Position numbers and translations under genes: made by a program | Shown: piece by piece, positions 9,992 through 19,508 of the stretch | Numbering within the stretch: the first letter of the stretch is position 1 | How the letters are laid out: every line of letters starts with the position of its first letter | Notes under the pieces: generated by a model | Database searches by the model: none | The model's input: only the letters and a program-made list of their open reading frames with translations | What the model was told of the DNA's origin: nothing | Assembly: GCA_965649205.1 (NCBI GenBank) | Contig: CBFGJV010000001.1 | Span: forward strand, 32,001-96,000 | Direction: 5' to 3' | DNA from: a candidate division WOR-3 bacterium | GTDB taxonomy: Bacteria; Hydrothermota; Tepidihabitantia; Tepidihabitantales; Tepidihabitantaceae | Length of the DNA stretch: 64,000 bases

Positions 9992-10716
9992 GACGAGTAT
10001 TGCGTTTTGCCGCACAGGACTGCAGACCGAGCGAGGAGATGATACTTGCAGGAGAGGGAATGCCCGGCCGGGCTGGAGCGCAACCCGAAACCTTGCGGCT
10101 GGTGGTTGAAGCCGGGGAATTGTACGAGAGGCTGGCTGCACCGGTGGCCGTGTACGCCAAGATCAGTCGCGAGGAATTCGGCAGGGTCTTTGTCGGCGAA
10201 GGTCGTAATGCGCCAGATGCAGTGCTGGGCAGGATTTATCCCCAGGCGGTCCGTTTGGCTCTTTTTGCCTGTACGGTGGGGAAGGCTTTGACAGACGAAA
10301 TCACGCGGCGTTTTGAGCAGCACGATTATGCTCTGGGCTATGTGCTGGATGCTGTGGCTTCGGCTGGAGTGGAAAAATTGGCTGCACTGGTGGAGGCTGA
10401 ATACTGCAGGGAAAACAGAGAACAGAAGTCTGGCGGGGAGGATTCGAAAACGGTGCTGAGGTATAGTCCGGGTTACTGCGGCTGGCATGTGAGCGGCCAG
10501 CGCAAGCTGTTTGAGTTTCTCCATCCGGAGGAGATTGGCATTACTCTGCGCGAGAGCTTTCTGATGGAGCCTTTGAAGTCGGTCTCGGGCGTGTTTGTGG
10601 CCGGGCCGGCCGCAATCCACCGTTTTCAGCCGGCTACATTCGTCTTTTGCGCAGAGTGTCGTCAACCGAGCTGCACAGAACGGTTGGCAGAACTAGAACA
10701 ACGAACTGGGAGGTGA
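9988..10716 (+). CDS. Stand-alone MetH reactivation (SAM-binding) domain protein
   Basis: FACTVG, RYSPGYCGW, IGITLRESFLMEPLKSVSG, C-terminal CAEC...C. Confidence 0.85.
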   Translation: MRRVLRFAAQDCRPSEEMILAGEGMPGRAGAQPETLRLVVEAGELYERLAAPVAVYAKISREEFGRVFVGEGRNAPDAVLGRIYPQAVRLALFACTVGKALTDEITRRFEQHDYALGYVLDAVASAGVEKLAALVEAEYCRENREQKSGGEDSKTVLRYSPGYCGWHVSGQRKLFEFLHPEEIGITLRESFLMEPLKSVSGVFVAGPAAIHRFQPATFVFCAECRQPSCTERLAELEQRTGR

Positions 10717-10720
10717 CAGA

Positions 10721-11359
10721 GTGGAATTGCTGCAGCAGATAGCAGACAGTCTGTGCGCAGGAGAATCAGAACGGGTAGCGCAGCTGACCCGTCGGGCACT
10801 GGATGCCGGCCTTGCGGGCCGCGAGGTCCTGGACAAAGGGTTGCTTGCCGGTATGGACCGGGTAGGCAGGTTGTTTCAAGAGGAAGAAGTGTTCCTGCCG
10901 GATGTGTTGCTTGCGGCCAAGGCGATGTATGCCGGGTTGGAGGTGCTGAAGCCTTTGTTGGAGCAGCAGGGGACAGGCGCGGCCGCCGGCAAGGTGGTTA
11001 TCGGGACTGTGCAGGGTGATTTGCACGACATAGGCAAGAATCTGGTGACTATCATGCTGCGGGGCGCAGGGTTTGAGGTGATTGACTTGGGCAATGACGT
11101 GGCACCGGAGAAATTCATTCAGGTGGCGTGCGAGCAGAATTGTCAGATTATAGGCATGTCCGCACTTCTGACTACTACGATGCCCGTAATGGGAGAGGTA
11201 TGCGAGTTGCTGAGAGAAAAAAATCTTGCCGGCAGGATAAAGACGATAATCGGCGGTGCACCGGTGAGCGAGGCTTTTGCCCGCGAGATAGGGGCGGATG
11301 CTTACTGTTATGACGCAGCAGCGGCGGTTGCAACTGTCAAACGTCTTCTTTCTCAGTGA
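10721..11359 (+). CDS. Corrinoid protein (second copy)
   Basis: GTVQGDLHDIGKNLV, MSALLTTT, GGAPVS; SD GGAGGTGA. Confidence 0.93.
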   Translation: MELLQQIADSLCAGESERVAQLTRRALDAGLAGREVLDKGLLAGMDRVGRLFQEEEVFLPDVLLAAKAMYAGLEVLKPLLEQQGTGAAAGKVVIGTVQGDLHDIGKNLVTIMLRGAGFEVIDLGNDVAPEKFIQVACEQNCQIIGMSALLTTTMPVMGEVCELLREKNLAGRIKTIIGGAPVSEAFAREIGADAYCYDAAAAVATVKRLLSQ

Positions 11360-12297
11360 AAACAGACGAACAGGGAGGTAAGACGTTGTCCAGACGGGAA
11401 AGGCTGTGGGAACGGGTGAGGTCTGGTCAGGTTCTCCTTGCCGATGGCGCACTGGGTTCTTTGCTGCTGGCGAAGGGTTTGAAACCCGGGCAGGCACCTG
11501 AAGAATTGTGTCTTTCTCGGCCGGAAGTTCTGGCTGAGATTGTACGTCTTTACCAGGAGGCGGGCGCAGAGGTTTTTCAGGCGAATACCTTTGGTGCGTC
11601 GCCTCTGAAGCTGGAGCAGCACGGTTTGGCCGAAAAAATGGAGGAGATAAACCGGCAGGCGGTAAGAATCGTGCGGGAAGTGGTGGGGGAGGAGGGGTAT
11701 GTATGGGCTTCGGTAGGTCCTTCCGGTCGTCTACTGGAACCGTACGGAGATGTCTCAGCCGAAAGGATGTATGAGAATTTTGCCCGGCAGACAACCGTGT
11801 TGGCAGAAGCCGGTGCGGACATTATCGCCATTGAGACTATGACCGATCTGGCCGAGGCAAAGCTGGCGCTGGCAGCCGCCGTGGATACTGGCAGAGCCAG
11901 CGGGGCGGTGATTACGGTTTCCCTGACTTTCGAAAAGCGGCGCCGAGGGTTCTTTACGGTCATGGGCAACTCCATCGCTGATGCCGTTGCCGCTTTGGCT
12001 GACGCAGACATGATTGGCTCTAACTGCGGCAATGGTATGGATAATATGGTGGAGATTGCCCGAGAGTTCCGCCGGCTGACGGATAAGCTGCTGGTAATCA
12101 GACCGAATGCCGGTCTGCCTGAAATTCGCAACGGTGCGGTTGTGTATCCGGAGACGCCAGAGTTTATGGCCGAGCGGATTCCGGCACTTCTGGAATGCAA
12201 GCTGGGTATTCTGGGAGGTTGTTGTGGCACGACGCCTGAGCATATACGTGCCTTCCGGCGGGTACTGGAGAAAGAACAGAGCAGACGGTCGGGTTAG
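11356..12297 (+). CDS. Homocysteine S-methyltransferase (MetH Hcy-binding domain)
   Basis: LADGALG, ANTFG, IETM, GSNCG, PNAGLP, GGCCGTTPEHI (Zn ligands). Confidence 0.92.
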   Translation: MKTDEQGGKTLSRRERLWERVRSGQVLLADGALGSLLLAKGLKPGQAPEELCLSRPEVLAEIVRLYQEAGAEVFQANTFGASPLKLEQHGLAEKMEEINRQAVRIVREVVGEEGYVWASVGPSGRLLEPYGDVSAERMYENFARQTTVLAEAGADIIAIETMTDLAEAKLALAAAVDTGRASGAVITVSLTFEKRRRGFFTVMGNSIADAVAALADADMIGSNCGNGMDNMVEIAREFRRLTDKLLVIRPNAGLPEIRNGAVVYPETPEFMAERIPALLECKLGILGGCCGTTPEHIRAFRRVLEKEQSRRSG

Positions 12298-13202
12298 CGG
12301 ATGCGAATCTCTATCTTGGAGAATTTGGGTTTCAGCCCAGGGATGAAGCGGGGAACCACCTGTAGGGCTTTCGCTGGCAGCACCATGCGTTTGGTGAGTT
12401 CTGTCTGGAGAGCTGCACAACGGGCAGTGGAGAGTTTTTCCTGTTCGGTGTACACATATACTACGAGGTCTTTGCGGAACTGCTTTTTGATAACATTGGC
12501 TACTTCGTCCAAACGCCGGCCGGCCTGATCCAGCAGTTCGGCGCTACCTGAAGCAAAGATCAGGTCTGCCGCCAGAGATACAACCCATTCGTCTTGTTCT
12601 TTGTACACGATTCCATTTATGCGCTGCGGTGAGACCGGTGTGCGGGTCTGGTTGCCATGCGCGTCGTAGGCGCTGAAGGTAAAGCTGTATATTTCGCCCG
12701 GAGAAATCATTTCGCCGTTGTCCATGCGTCCGTCCCAGGTAATCATAGCCGGTGGCCTGCCTTTGCGGCTCAAACGGCGGACAGTTTCGCCCAGGGAATT
12801 AGCTACTACCAATTCCCAAGAAACGACTTGCTCTTGGAAGTCGGGCATAAAGATGATTACGTCGCCGTAAATAAGGTCGCGCTCCACCGGTATGCGCAGA
12901 TAGGAGGAGTGGATAAACTGATGAGGTATGGTCAGAGAGTCAATGGTGCGAAGCAGAGGGGGATCGAATATGTAACTCTGCGAAATAAACAGGCTGTCAA
13001 CTGGAGAGAACGGGTCGAAGCTGGGACTGAGAAACAGTTTGCGGTCTTCGACTTTTATCTCGGCCTGGCCGGTAATTACCTCTTCGCCTAGGCCGTGTTC
13101 AGCGGGCGGCTGGGCGGTAGCCGGTTTTGCAGAGTCGGGTGTGGCAGTTGCAGGCCCAGGGCCTGTCTGGGCTACAAGCAGGGCCAGTAGCAAATGAAGC
13201 AT
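12294..13202 (-). CDS. Exported protein with FlgD-Ig-like domain and degenerate OmpA-like C-terminal domain
   Basis: Signal peptide; TWDGRMDNGE; IFASGSAELLDQAGRRLDEVA..VYTE...LSTARC. Confidence 0.6.
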   Translation of the reverse strand: MLHLLLALLVAQTGPGPATATPDSAKPATAQPPAEHGLGEEVITGQAEIKVEDRKLFLSPSFDPFSPVDSLFISQSYIFDPPLLRTIDSLTIPHQFIHSSYLRIPVERDLIYGDVIIFMPDFQEQVVSWELVVANSLGETVRRLSRKGRPPAMITWDGRMDNGEMISPGEIYSFTFSAYDAHGNQTRTPVSPQRINGIVYKEQDEWVVSLAADLIFASGSAELLDQAGRRLDEVANVIKKQFRKDLVVYVYTEQEKLSTARCAALQTELTKRMVLPAKALQVVPRFIPGLKPKFSKIEIRIR

Positions 13203-13203
13203 G

Positions 13204-14145
13204 TTAGGAGAGAGTAAAGCGGAAAGTAATTAGGCCCCACTGTTCTTCTGCTTTTACATTCGGATCCAGCGGAGCAAATTCCCAGTTCTTGAGCGCATTG
13301 ACGACTACCTGATCAAGGTCCGGGTAGCCGGAACTCACCTCTACGGTGGGCGTGCCTTTGACTTTGCCGCTAGGCAGCACCCATATCCGGACTGTCACGC
13401 TTCCGGAGATGCGACGCTGCAGGGCCCAGGCCGGGTACTTGGGAACCTGTTTGCTGAGTATGGGTCGCTGGGAAATAGGGCCAGCTACCTCAAACCGGGT
13501 CCCAGATGTTACCGGAGCGGATACTTCCGGGACAGTTTGCGTGGGTAACGGCTCGGGAAGCGTGCGGGCAGGCGTCTTCGCCAAAGGACGGTGCTCAATA
13601 GTCAACTGAGGTTCCTGGCGTGGTACCCCCGGTAGTCCTCTGGCTGGGCCGGACGAACCGGAGCTAGCACGAGTGAGAGCTATAGCCGGCTGAGACAGGA
13701 TTTCCTCTGTGGACTGAGAACTGCCTTGGCCTCCTAAATACACCACATCCATGGCGCCGGAGCGATCCAGTTCGTAGCGGTTGAGGTCTATCTTAGCCTG
13801 AGAAGGGTTCCGCTCCAGGGCGGTTTTCAGGTCTATGGTGGGACCTTCGGCGGGCGCGGAAGGTGTGTAGCTAAGTTGATCGGTTCCGGTTGGACCGAAG
13901 CCGCCTCCACCTGTGAGCTCCTGTTTGGGGACCACCTTGGCAACTTCTGGACGTCTGGTGATGTCGTAGACGCTTACCTGGATCAGTTCCTCGGCCGACC
14001 GGTGCGCAGCAGGTCTGAAAGCGGATATAAGAATCATCGTTCCCAGATGCAGGATGGCGGAGATAGCTACCGTCAGCCACAGGGTGCGCGAGCGACGTTT
14101 CTCTTCGAACAGAACAATGTGCCGGATAGCTACTTCTTTGTTCAA
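13204..14145 (-). CDS. tonB: TonB-family energy transducer
   Basis: TM anchor ISAILH, Pro-rich linker, PKYP..SGSVTVRIWV..VSSGYPDLD..WEFAP; TTG start after GGAGG. Confidence 0.88.
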   Translation of the reverse strand: MNKEVAIRHIVLFEEKRRSRTLWLTVAISAILHLGTMILISAFRPAAHRSAEELIQVSVYDITRRPEVAKVVPKQELTGGGGFGPTGTDQLSYTPSAPAEGPTIDLKTALERNPSQAKIDLNRYELDRSGAMDVVYLGGQGSSQSTEEILSQPAIALTRASSGSSGPARGLPGVPRQEPQLTIEHRPLAKTPARTLPEPLPTQTVPEVSAPVTSGTRFEVAGPISQRPILSKQVPKYPAWALQRRISGSVTVRIWVLPSGKVKGTPTVEVSSGYPDLDQVVVNALKNWEFAPLDPNVKAEEQWGLITFRFTLS

Positions 14146-14147
14146 AC

Positions 14148-14546
14148 CTAGCCTCCGCCAGTCAGTTTTTTGGTGGCACAGACAATCCGTTGCGCGCCTG
14201 CGGCTTTGGCTGCGGCCAAAATGTCCAGCACCTGATTGCCCCGACATTCTCTGTCAGCCCTTACTACTACCAGGATATACGGGTCGGAAAGCACTGCCTG
14301 TCGTACCAGCTCTTGCACCTGTTGCAGGTTGGCAACCGGCTCGTCGTTGAAGTAGTACTCGCCGGAGCTGGTAAGCACGATGCTCACATCGTTTTGCACC
14401 TCACGTTGGCCGGTATTGGCTTCGGGCACGGCAACAGGCGTGCGAGCGTGGCTGATGACCATGGGAGAAATCATCATCATTATGAGTACAAGTATGAGGC
14501 CGACAGCAGCCATGGGAAGGATGTCCAGGTTGGGAGCAGGCTTCAC
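14148..14546 (-). CDS. exbD: ExbD/TolR family protein with atypical TM
   Basis: NLDILPMAAVGLILVLIMMM, VVRADRE, LAAAKAAG. The usual TM Asp appears to be replaced by Ala. Confidence 0.82.
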   Translation of the reverse strand: MKPAPNLDILPMAAVGLILVLIMMMISPMVISHARTPVAVPEANTGQREVQNDVSIVLTSSGEYYFNDEPVANLQQVQELVRQAVLSDPYILVVVRADRECRGNQVLDILAAAKAAGAQRIVCATKKLTGGG

Positions 14547-14962
14547 TGCATCCTCCTGGTGCGCAACCACGCTACGTCTGCTGCCCCCATCTGTTTTGCC
14601 AAATCCATTACCTGGATGACTCGGTCGTAGCGCACCAGGTCCTCGTTGGAGATAATCACGCGGCGCTCCACCGAACGATCAAGCAGGTGGGGAAGAAGAA
14701 GACGGAGACTGTCCAGAGTTACAGGTGCCTCGTTGAGCATAATGCGGCCGTCATTGGCAAGGAAGATGTTGGCCTTGATGTCGGAGCCGGCCGGAACAGT
14801 TCCGCCTGCCTGAGCAACGCCGGGAGCCGAAACAAAGATGCCGTTTTCGAAAAATATGGGCATCGACACCATAAAGCCAATGACCAGGGATAGGGCAATG
14901 TCCACAAGCGAGTTGACTATCAGTCCTTCGTTCTTGCGTCGCTCTACGTGTCGTCGGCGCAT
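14543..14962 (-). CDS. exbD: ExbD/TolR family protein
   Basis: NSLVDIALSLVIGFMV (TM Asp present), YDRVIQVMDLAK. Confidence 0.88.
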   Translation of the reverse strand: MRRRHVERRKNEGLIVNSLVDIALSLVIGFMVSMPIFFENGIFVSAPGVAQAGGTVPAGSDIKANIFLANDGRIMLNEAPVTLDSLRLLLPHLLDRSVERRVIISNEDLVRYDRVIQVMDLAKQMGAADVAWLRTRRMQ

Positions 14963-15660
14963 CAGAATCTCCAGGCAGAATCGTCGGCCCGGGTTTGGGC
15001 AGGAGTTGCCTGAGGCTGGCTGGCAGTCGCCGTTTGACTGCTGCGGGCTTTGTCCAGCATGACGATTACGCGGTCGGCCGCGGCCTCAAGTTGCATAGCC
15101 AAGTCGCTTGATTTCTTACTGAAGTAATTATAGGCAAAAAGGGTAGGAATGCCTATACCCAGTCCCCAGGCGGTGGTGAGCAGAGCCACAGCAATGCCTC
15201 CTGCGACCACGTCCGGGCCGGCCTGTTTGGTAATGCTTATCTGATTAAAGGACTTGATCAGGCCTGTTACAGTGCCAAAGAGACCGAGCAGGGTGGCGGC
15301 GTTAGCCAGAGTGCCCATGCCGCCAAGCAGGTGCTCAAACTTGATACGTTCGTCTACGATATGGCTGTAACTCAGGTCTGCCAGGTCTTCGGCACTGAGG
15401 GTGGCGTTTTCCAGAATTAACGTAACCATTCTGCCCATGGGATTATTCTGGCTGCGGGCCCATTCCAGACCGGCAGTAATACCGCCGGAGTTGAGTCTGC
15501 GTCGTAGTTCCAGTATGTCGCGACCGGTATTACAGCGGTTACGGCGAAAGTAGAGAAACCGATCCAGTATCAGGGCGAGAGCGGCGATGGAAGCCGCCAG
15601 AAGGGTAAGCATTACCGGATCAAGAAGTACGCTGAACAGGTTTCTTCCCATTATGGTCAT
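14962..15660 (-). CDS. exbB: MotA/TolQ/ExbB proton channel protein
   Basis: ATLLGLFGTVTGLI, GIAVALLTTAWGL, AYNYF. Confidence 0.92.
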   Translation of the reverse strand: MTIMGRNLFSVLLDPVMLTLLAASIAALALILDRFLYFRRNRCNTGRDILELRRRLNSGGITAGLEWARSQNNPMGRMVTLILENATLSAEDLADLSYSHIVDERIKFEHLLGGMGTLANAATLLGLFGTVTGLIKSFNQISITKQAGPDVVAGGIAVALLTTAWGLGIGIPTLFAYNYFSKKSSDLAMQLEAAADRVIVMLDKARSSQTATASQPQATPAQTRADDSAWRF

Positions 15661-18182
15661 GGCTGATTGTCTCCTTTATTTGGGGTAGGAATTGCTTCCG
15701 ACTCGGCGCCGGATGGAGCAGATGTTTGTCCGGCTCCCAGTTTTCGCCGACAGATGTCAATGTTCTGTCGGGCGCTGGTCACGAATTCTGACTGGGGAAA
15801 GGAATCCACTACGGTCTGAAAGGCGGCGAGGCTGCCTTGGTAGTCTCCTAGGTTAAAAAGTGCGATTCCCAAATTGAAGTAGCCGCCATCCCGTCGTTCG
15901 TGCTGAGGAAAATAGTCCAGGTATTTACGATAGGCTCGACTGGCTTCTTCCCATTTTTTAAGCTGAGAATAGCTCTCTGCTGTCAGCAGCTGCGCATCGG
16001 CTGCAATGGCTGAACCCGGAAAGTTGACCACCGCCTTCTGCAGCTCCAGGGCGGCTTCTGCGTAGCGTCCTGCGTCGTAGAGAGAACGGCCTTTCTGATA
16101 CTGACCTTCGGCTGCCATGTCCGAACTGCCGAAGCGGCGGAGAAATTCGGCCATGACCGCCTCGTCCTCAGTACCGGCGAGGTAGTAGCTGGTTTCCAGA
16201 CTTTTGCGCACGCTGGGACCCTGGGGGTCAGAAGGGTACAGGTCAAGAAACTTCTGGTATTCTCGAACCGCGTCCAGATAAAGCCGACGGTTGTAATATG
16301 ACTGGGCAATGAGAGCCTGGGCAGGTGGAGCAAATTCACTGTCCGGATGCCGTTCCACCAAGAATTTGAACATGGCGACAGCTTTATCATATTCCAATGC
16401 CTTGAAATAAGTGTCGCCGGTGCGGAAGGCTGCCTCGGCTACTTTGGGGTTGCCTTCCGGATATTTGTTTACCAAGTTGGTCCAGGCATCCACTGCCTGT
16501 CCGTAGTAGCCGGTCTGGTAGTAGCAGTAGCCCGCGTAAAACCAGCCCGGCACTGCCGCTTGGCTGATGTCGGGGAACGTGTTTGCCAGAGCTTCAAATA
16601 TGTCGAGGGCTTTGAGGTATTCTTTCTGGTTGAAAAGGCTGTAGCCATAGCCTAGGTAGGCGGCAATGGTGAAAAGCGTGTCTTCGGGGCGTGCAGAAAG
16701 CAAAGTTTGGAAACTATTTGCCGCTTCTGTGAGGCGTCCCAGGTGGTATAGGCAGTAAGAGCGACCCAGGCGGGCATACGGCCCTATGTCCGAGGCCGGC
16801 TGGGCATACGCCTGCTGGTAGTATACATCTGCTTCATTGTATTTGTCGTAGTAGTAGAAAGCGTCGGCCAGAGCATACAGCAGGCGCGCCCGCCATTCTC
16901 CTGTTTCTTGCGGATAGTCTGCCAGGTACTTGGTGCCTACTGCTATGCTCTTTTCGTATTTGCCCGCAGCATTCAGCGTGAAAAGGAGCATGGCCGCGGC
17001 CGGTTCCCGCAGGGCAGTTTTCGCGTAGTCGGTAATTACCTGCTCGAATTGCTTTTCTGCTCGTTCCAACTGACCTTGCTGGTAGCTGATAACACCTGAG
17101 AGGTAATTCCCGGTTCCGGAGATTTCGCCGGTGCGAAACATTGTTGCCAGTTGGCTGGTGGTGAGCAAAGTCTGGGTGGTGTCCGCGTTAGCCAGCAGGG
17201 CCTGGGTGAGCTGCAGGTTGGCGTAGCTCGCAATCTTGGTATTGGGGTAGTTGGCTCGTACTTTCTGGAATCGTTCTATTGCTTCAGCCGGTCGGCCCAG
17301 AGCGTTGTAGGCATAGCCCATGAAGTAATTGGCATGGGCAGCAAGGAAGTTGTTGGGGTGCCGGGTAAGAGGTAGCAACTGTTCTAAGGCCAGGTTGTAT
17401 TCCTTCTGGGCGATGAGCGCACAGCCCAGAAAGTATCGGGCATAGTCAGCTAGGTGGGAGTGAGGATAGTTGTCCAGAAAGAATTGAAACTTGGCCCTGG
17501 CACCGTCGTAGTCCTGGTTCATAAACAGAGCCTGCCCGGCGGCGAAGTGGGCGAGGATGGCTAACCGGGTATTGGGAAATTCGGTGGTTATCTCTTTGAG
17601 ACTCAGGAGTGCAGGCAAAGGTCGGCCTGTAGCGGCATAGCTCTTCGCTAGATAGTATTTTGCTTCGGGCAGAGAAACGCGAGACAATCTGGTTATGGCT
17701 TGCTCGTAGTTGCGTTCAAAGTAGTCCAGAACACCCAGAGCAAACGCGGTACGTTCGTGGTCTTCGTAACCCTGGGTTTTGGCCAGATTCTCCAGTTCTG
17801 CGCGTGCCTGACGGAGTTGACCGAGCATTATAGAGGACAGCGCGAGACCGTACAGGGCCTCAGGTTTCAAGTAGGCGGAACGCGCCTTTGTGGCTAAATG
17901 CCGAAAGATGACCTGAGCCTGGGCATACTGTCCCAAGTTGAAGTGGGTCTCCGCCAAGGCATAGCGAAGCTCGTCTCCGAACTCACTGCCGCCGTAGTCG
18001 CGCACAAGGCTAAACAGTTCAACCGCCGCTTTGTTGTAATCGTGCTCGGCCAGCCATGATTGAGTCTTGTTGTAGCGTTCCACAAGCAAACGCAGTTTCT
18101 CCGGGGATAGACCCCGTTCCGCTGCCATTACGGGTTCGGCCAAGAGCATAATAAAGCAGAGGAAACGACAACTGGAAGACAA
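15657..18182 (-). CDS. Large periplasmic tetratricopeptide-repeat protein
   Basis: Signal peptide and many TPR_6/BamD-CpoB-like repeats (..YP.S..A..A.Y..G..). Confidence 0.88.
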   Translation of the reverse strand: MSSSCRFLCFIMLLAEPVMAAERGLSPEKLRLLVERYNKTQSWLAEHDYNKAAVELFSLVRDYGGSEFGDELRYALAETHFNLGQYAQAQVIFRHLATKARSAYLKPEALYGLALSSIMLGQLRQARAELENLAKTQGYEDHERTAFALGVLDYFERNYEQAITRLSRVSLPEAKYYLAKSYAATGRPLPALLSLKEITTEFPNTRLAILAHFAAGQALFMNQDYDGARAKFQFFLDNYPHSHLADYARYFLGCALIAQKEYNLALEQLLPLTRHPNNFLAAHANYFMGYAYNALGRPAEAIERFQKVRANYPNTKIASYANLQLTQALLANADTTQTLLTTSQLATMFRTGEISGTGNYLSGVISYQQGQLERAEKQFEQVITDYAKTALREPAAAMLLFTLNAAGKYEKSIAVGTKYLADYPQETGEWRARLLYALADAFYYYDKYNEADVYYQQAYAQPASDIGPYARLGRSYCLYHLGRLTEAANSFQTLLSARPEDTLFTIAAYLGYGYSLFNQKEYLKALDIFEALANTFPDISQAAVPGWFYAGYCYYQTGYYGQAVDAWTNLVNKYPEGNPKVAEAAFRTGDTYFKALEYDKAVAMFKFLVERHPDSEFAPPAQALIAQSYYNRRLYLDAVREYQKFLDLYPSDPQGPSVRKSLETSYYLAGTEDEAVMAEFLRRFGSSDMAAEGQYQKGRSLYDAGRYAEAALELQKAVVNFPGSAIAADAQLLTAESYSQLKKWEEASRAYRKYLDYFPQHERRDGGYFNLGIALFNLGDYQGSLAAFQTVVDSFPQSEFVTSARQNIDICRRKLGAGQTSAPSGAESEAIPTPNKGDNQP

Positions 18183-18185
18183 GGC

Positions 18186-19508
18186 TTATTCCCCGGGCTT
18201 TATTTCTACTTTACCCCTAGGGCCGCGAGTAAGTATTTCCGTGAGCAACCCGGAACACTCCAGGGAGTTGTTGCGCACATCAATGACGACTATGTTGTAG
18301 TAGTACCGTCCGTCAGCCACAAGTCGGCCGGAATCATCCAGACCGTCCCAGCTGATGCGCAATGGCGGGTTGTCCCACCCCTGAAAAGTGCGTACTAGCT
18401 CGCCGTAGCTGTTCTTTATGAGAATCTGCCAGCGTTTAGGTCGGGCTCGCGGCTGAAGCCGCACGTCCATCCAGAGGACGTTTCTGTCGTTGTCTGGTGT
18501 GGGTCTGAACACGGCCGGGGTAGCCTCTATCCAGACGCGGAAGCCAGAAAATCCAAGGTAGAGCCCGGCTTTATGGGTAGGGGCTAGGCGATAGCGGGAT
18601 TGGTGATGAAGCAGAACGGCGTAATCAACGCCTATAGACATCCTGCCCCAAGACTTGTGAATACCCAATCCTAGACTCAGGTCATTGGGGTCCATGCCGA
18701 TCCGTTGATAGAGTACATCGGGCACGAGTTCGATTTCTGCCCCTCCTCGCAGCGCAAAGCGCGGAGTAAAGTTGCGCGTGGGGTTACCTAGTTCATCCCG
18801 GTTATAGAGCAGAGGCAGGGAAACGTCTGCAGTAAGAAGAGCGCGGCCACCGAGTAGGTGTACTGCGGTTCCAGCACGCAGGATACGTGGATAGTTTTCC
18901 GGCAAAGTAGCTAGCTGCAATCGAGGCTGGAGCACATTTTGAAAGCAGAGGCCGAAGCTCAGAGGCGAAGGTCTAGTGAGGAGAATGCCCAAATCTGCTC
19001 CCAGGCCGACGGCAGAATACTGCGCCATGTTTTTGGAAACGAGCTTGCCTGTCATTCCTAGTCCGAGGAAGTTAGTAGGGTTGTAGCAGTACGACATCAG
19101 GTAAGAATTCTCCAAATAAAAGAAATTTTGGTAGGGATAGTTGTCAGGGGTACGCGACTGCAGTCCACCGGCCCAGTAACTGGCTAGGTTCACGCCGAAG
19201 GTACCCCAGTCTCGGGTAGGAAGAGCGTAGGCGATGTATTCCATCTGCGCGCCGTAGAGCTGAGAGTGGGCGAGTACCACTTCGTTGGCGTTCAGCTGAA
19301 ACAGACCACCAGGGTTGAAGTAGACTGCCTGTACGTCGTCAGCCAGAGCGGTGAAAGCCTTACCCAGGGCCAGACTGCGGGGTGACGGAGCGTAGGAGAG
19401 CATGGCACCGGGCAGACCACCTTCTGCGTAGAGCAGAGTAAAGAGACAGAAAAAACAAGTCAGACAGAGGCCAACGTGTGTGTGGGTACTCCTTGCCTGT
19501 CTTACCAT
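18186..19508 (-). CDS. PorV/PorQ-family outer-membrane barrel fused to a C-terminal FlgD-Ig domain
   Basis: PRSLALGKAFTALADDVQAVYFNPGGL is the PorV/FadL-like N-terminus; C-terminal SWDGLDDSGRLVADGRYYY. Confidence 0.78.
   Translation of the reverse strand: MVRQARSTHTHVGLCLTCFFCLFTLLYAEGGLPGAMLSYAPSPRSLALGKAFTALADDVQAVYFNPGGLFQLNANEVVLAHSQLYGAQMEYIAYALPTRDWGTFGVNLASYWAGGLQSRTPDNYPYQNFFYLENSYLMSYCYNPTNFLGLGMTGKLVSKNMAQYSAVGLGADLGILLTRPSPLSFGLCFQNVLQPRLQLATLPENYPRILRAGTAVHLLGGRALLTADVSLPLLYNRDELGNPTRNFTPRFALRGGAEIELVPDVLYQRIGMDPNDLSLGLGIHKSWGRMSIGVDYAVLLHHQSRYRLAPTHKAGLYLGFSGFRVWIEATPAVFRPTPDNDRNVLWMDVRLQPRARPKRWQILIKNSYGELVRTFQGWDNPPLRISWDGLDDSGRLVADGRYYYNIVVIDVRNNSLECSGLLTEILTRGPRGKVEIKPGE

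Noticed and set aside
7412..12420. Long antisense ORFs (e.g. 7412-8440, 8909-10141, 10766-11794)
   Set aside because: Shadow frames of well-supported genes in GC-rich DNA, with no motifs.
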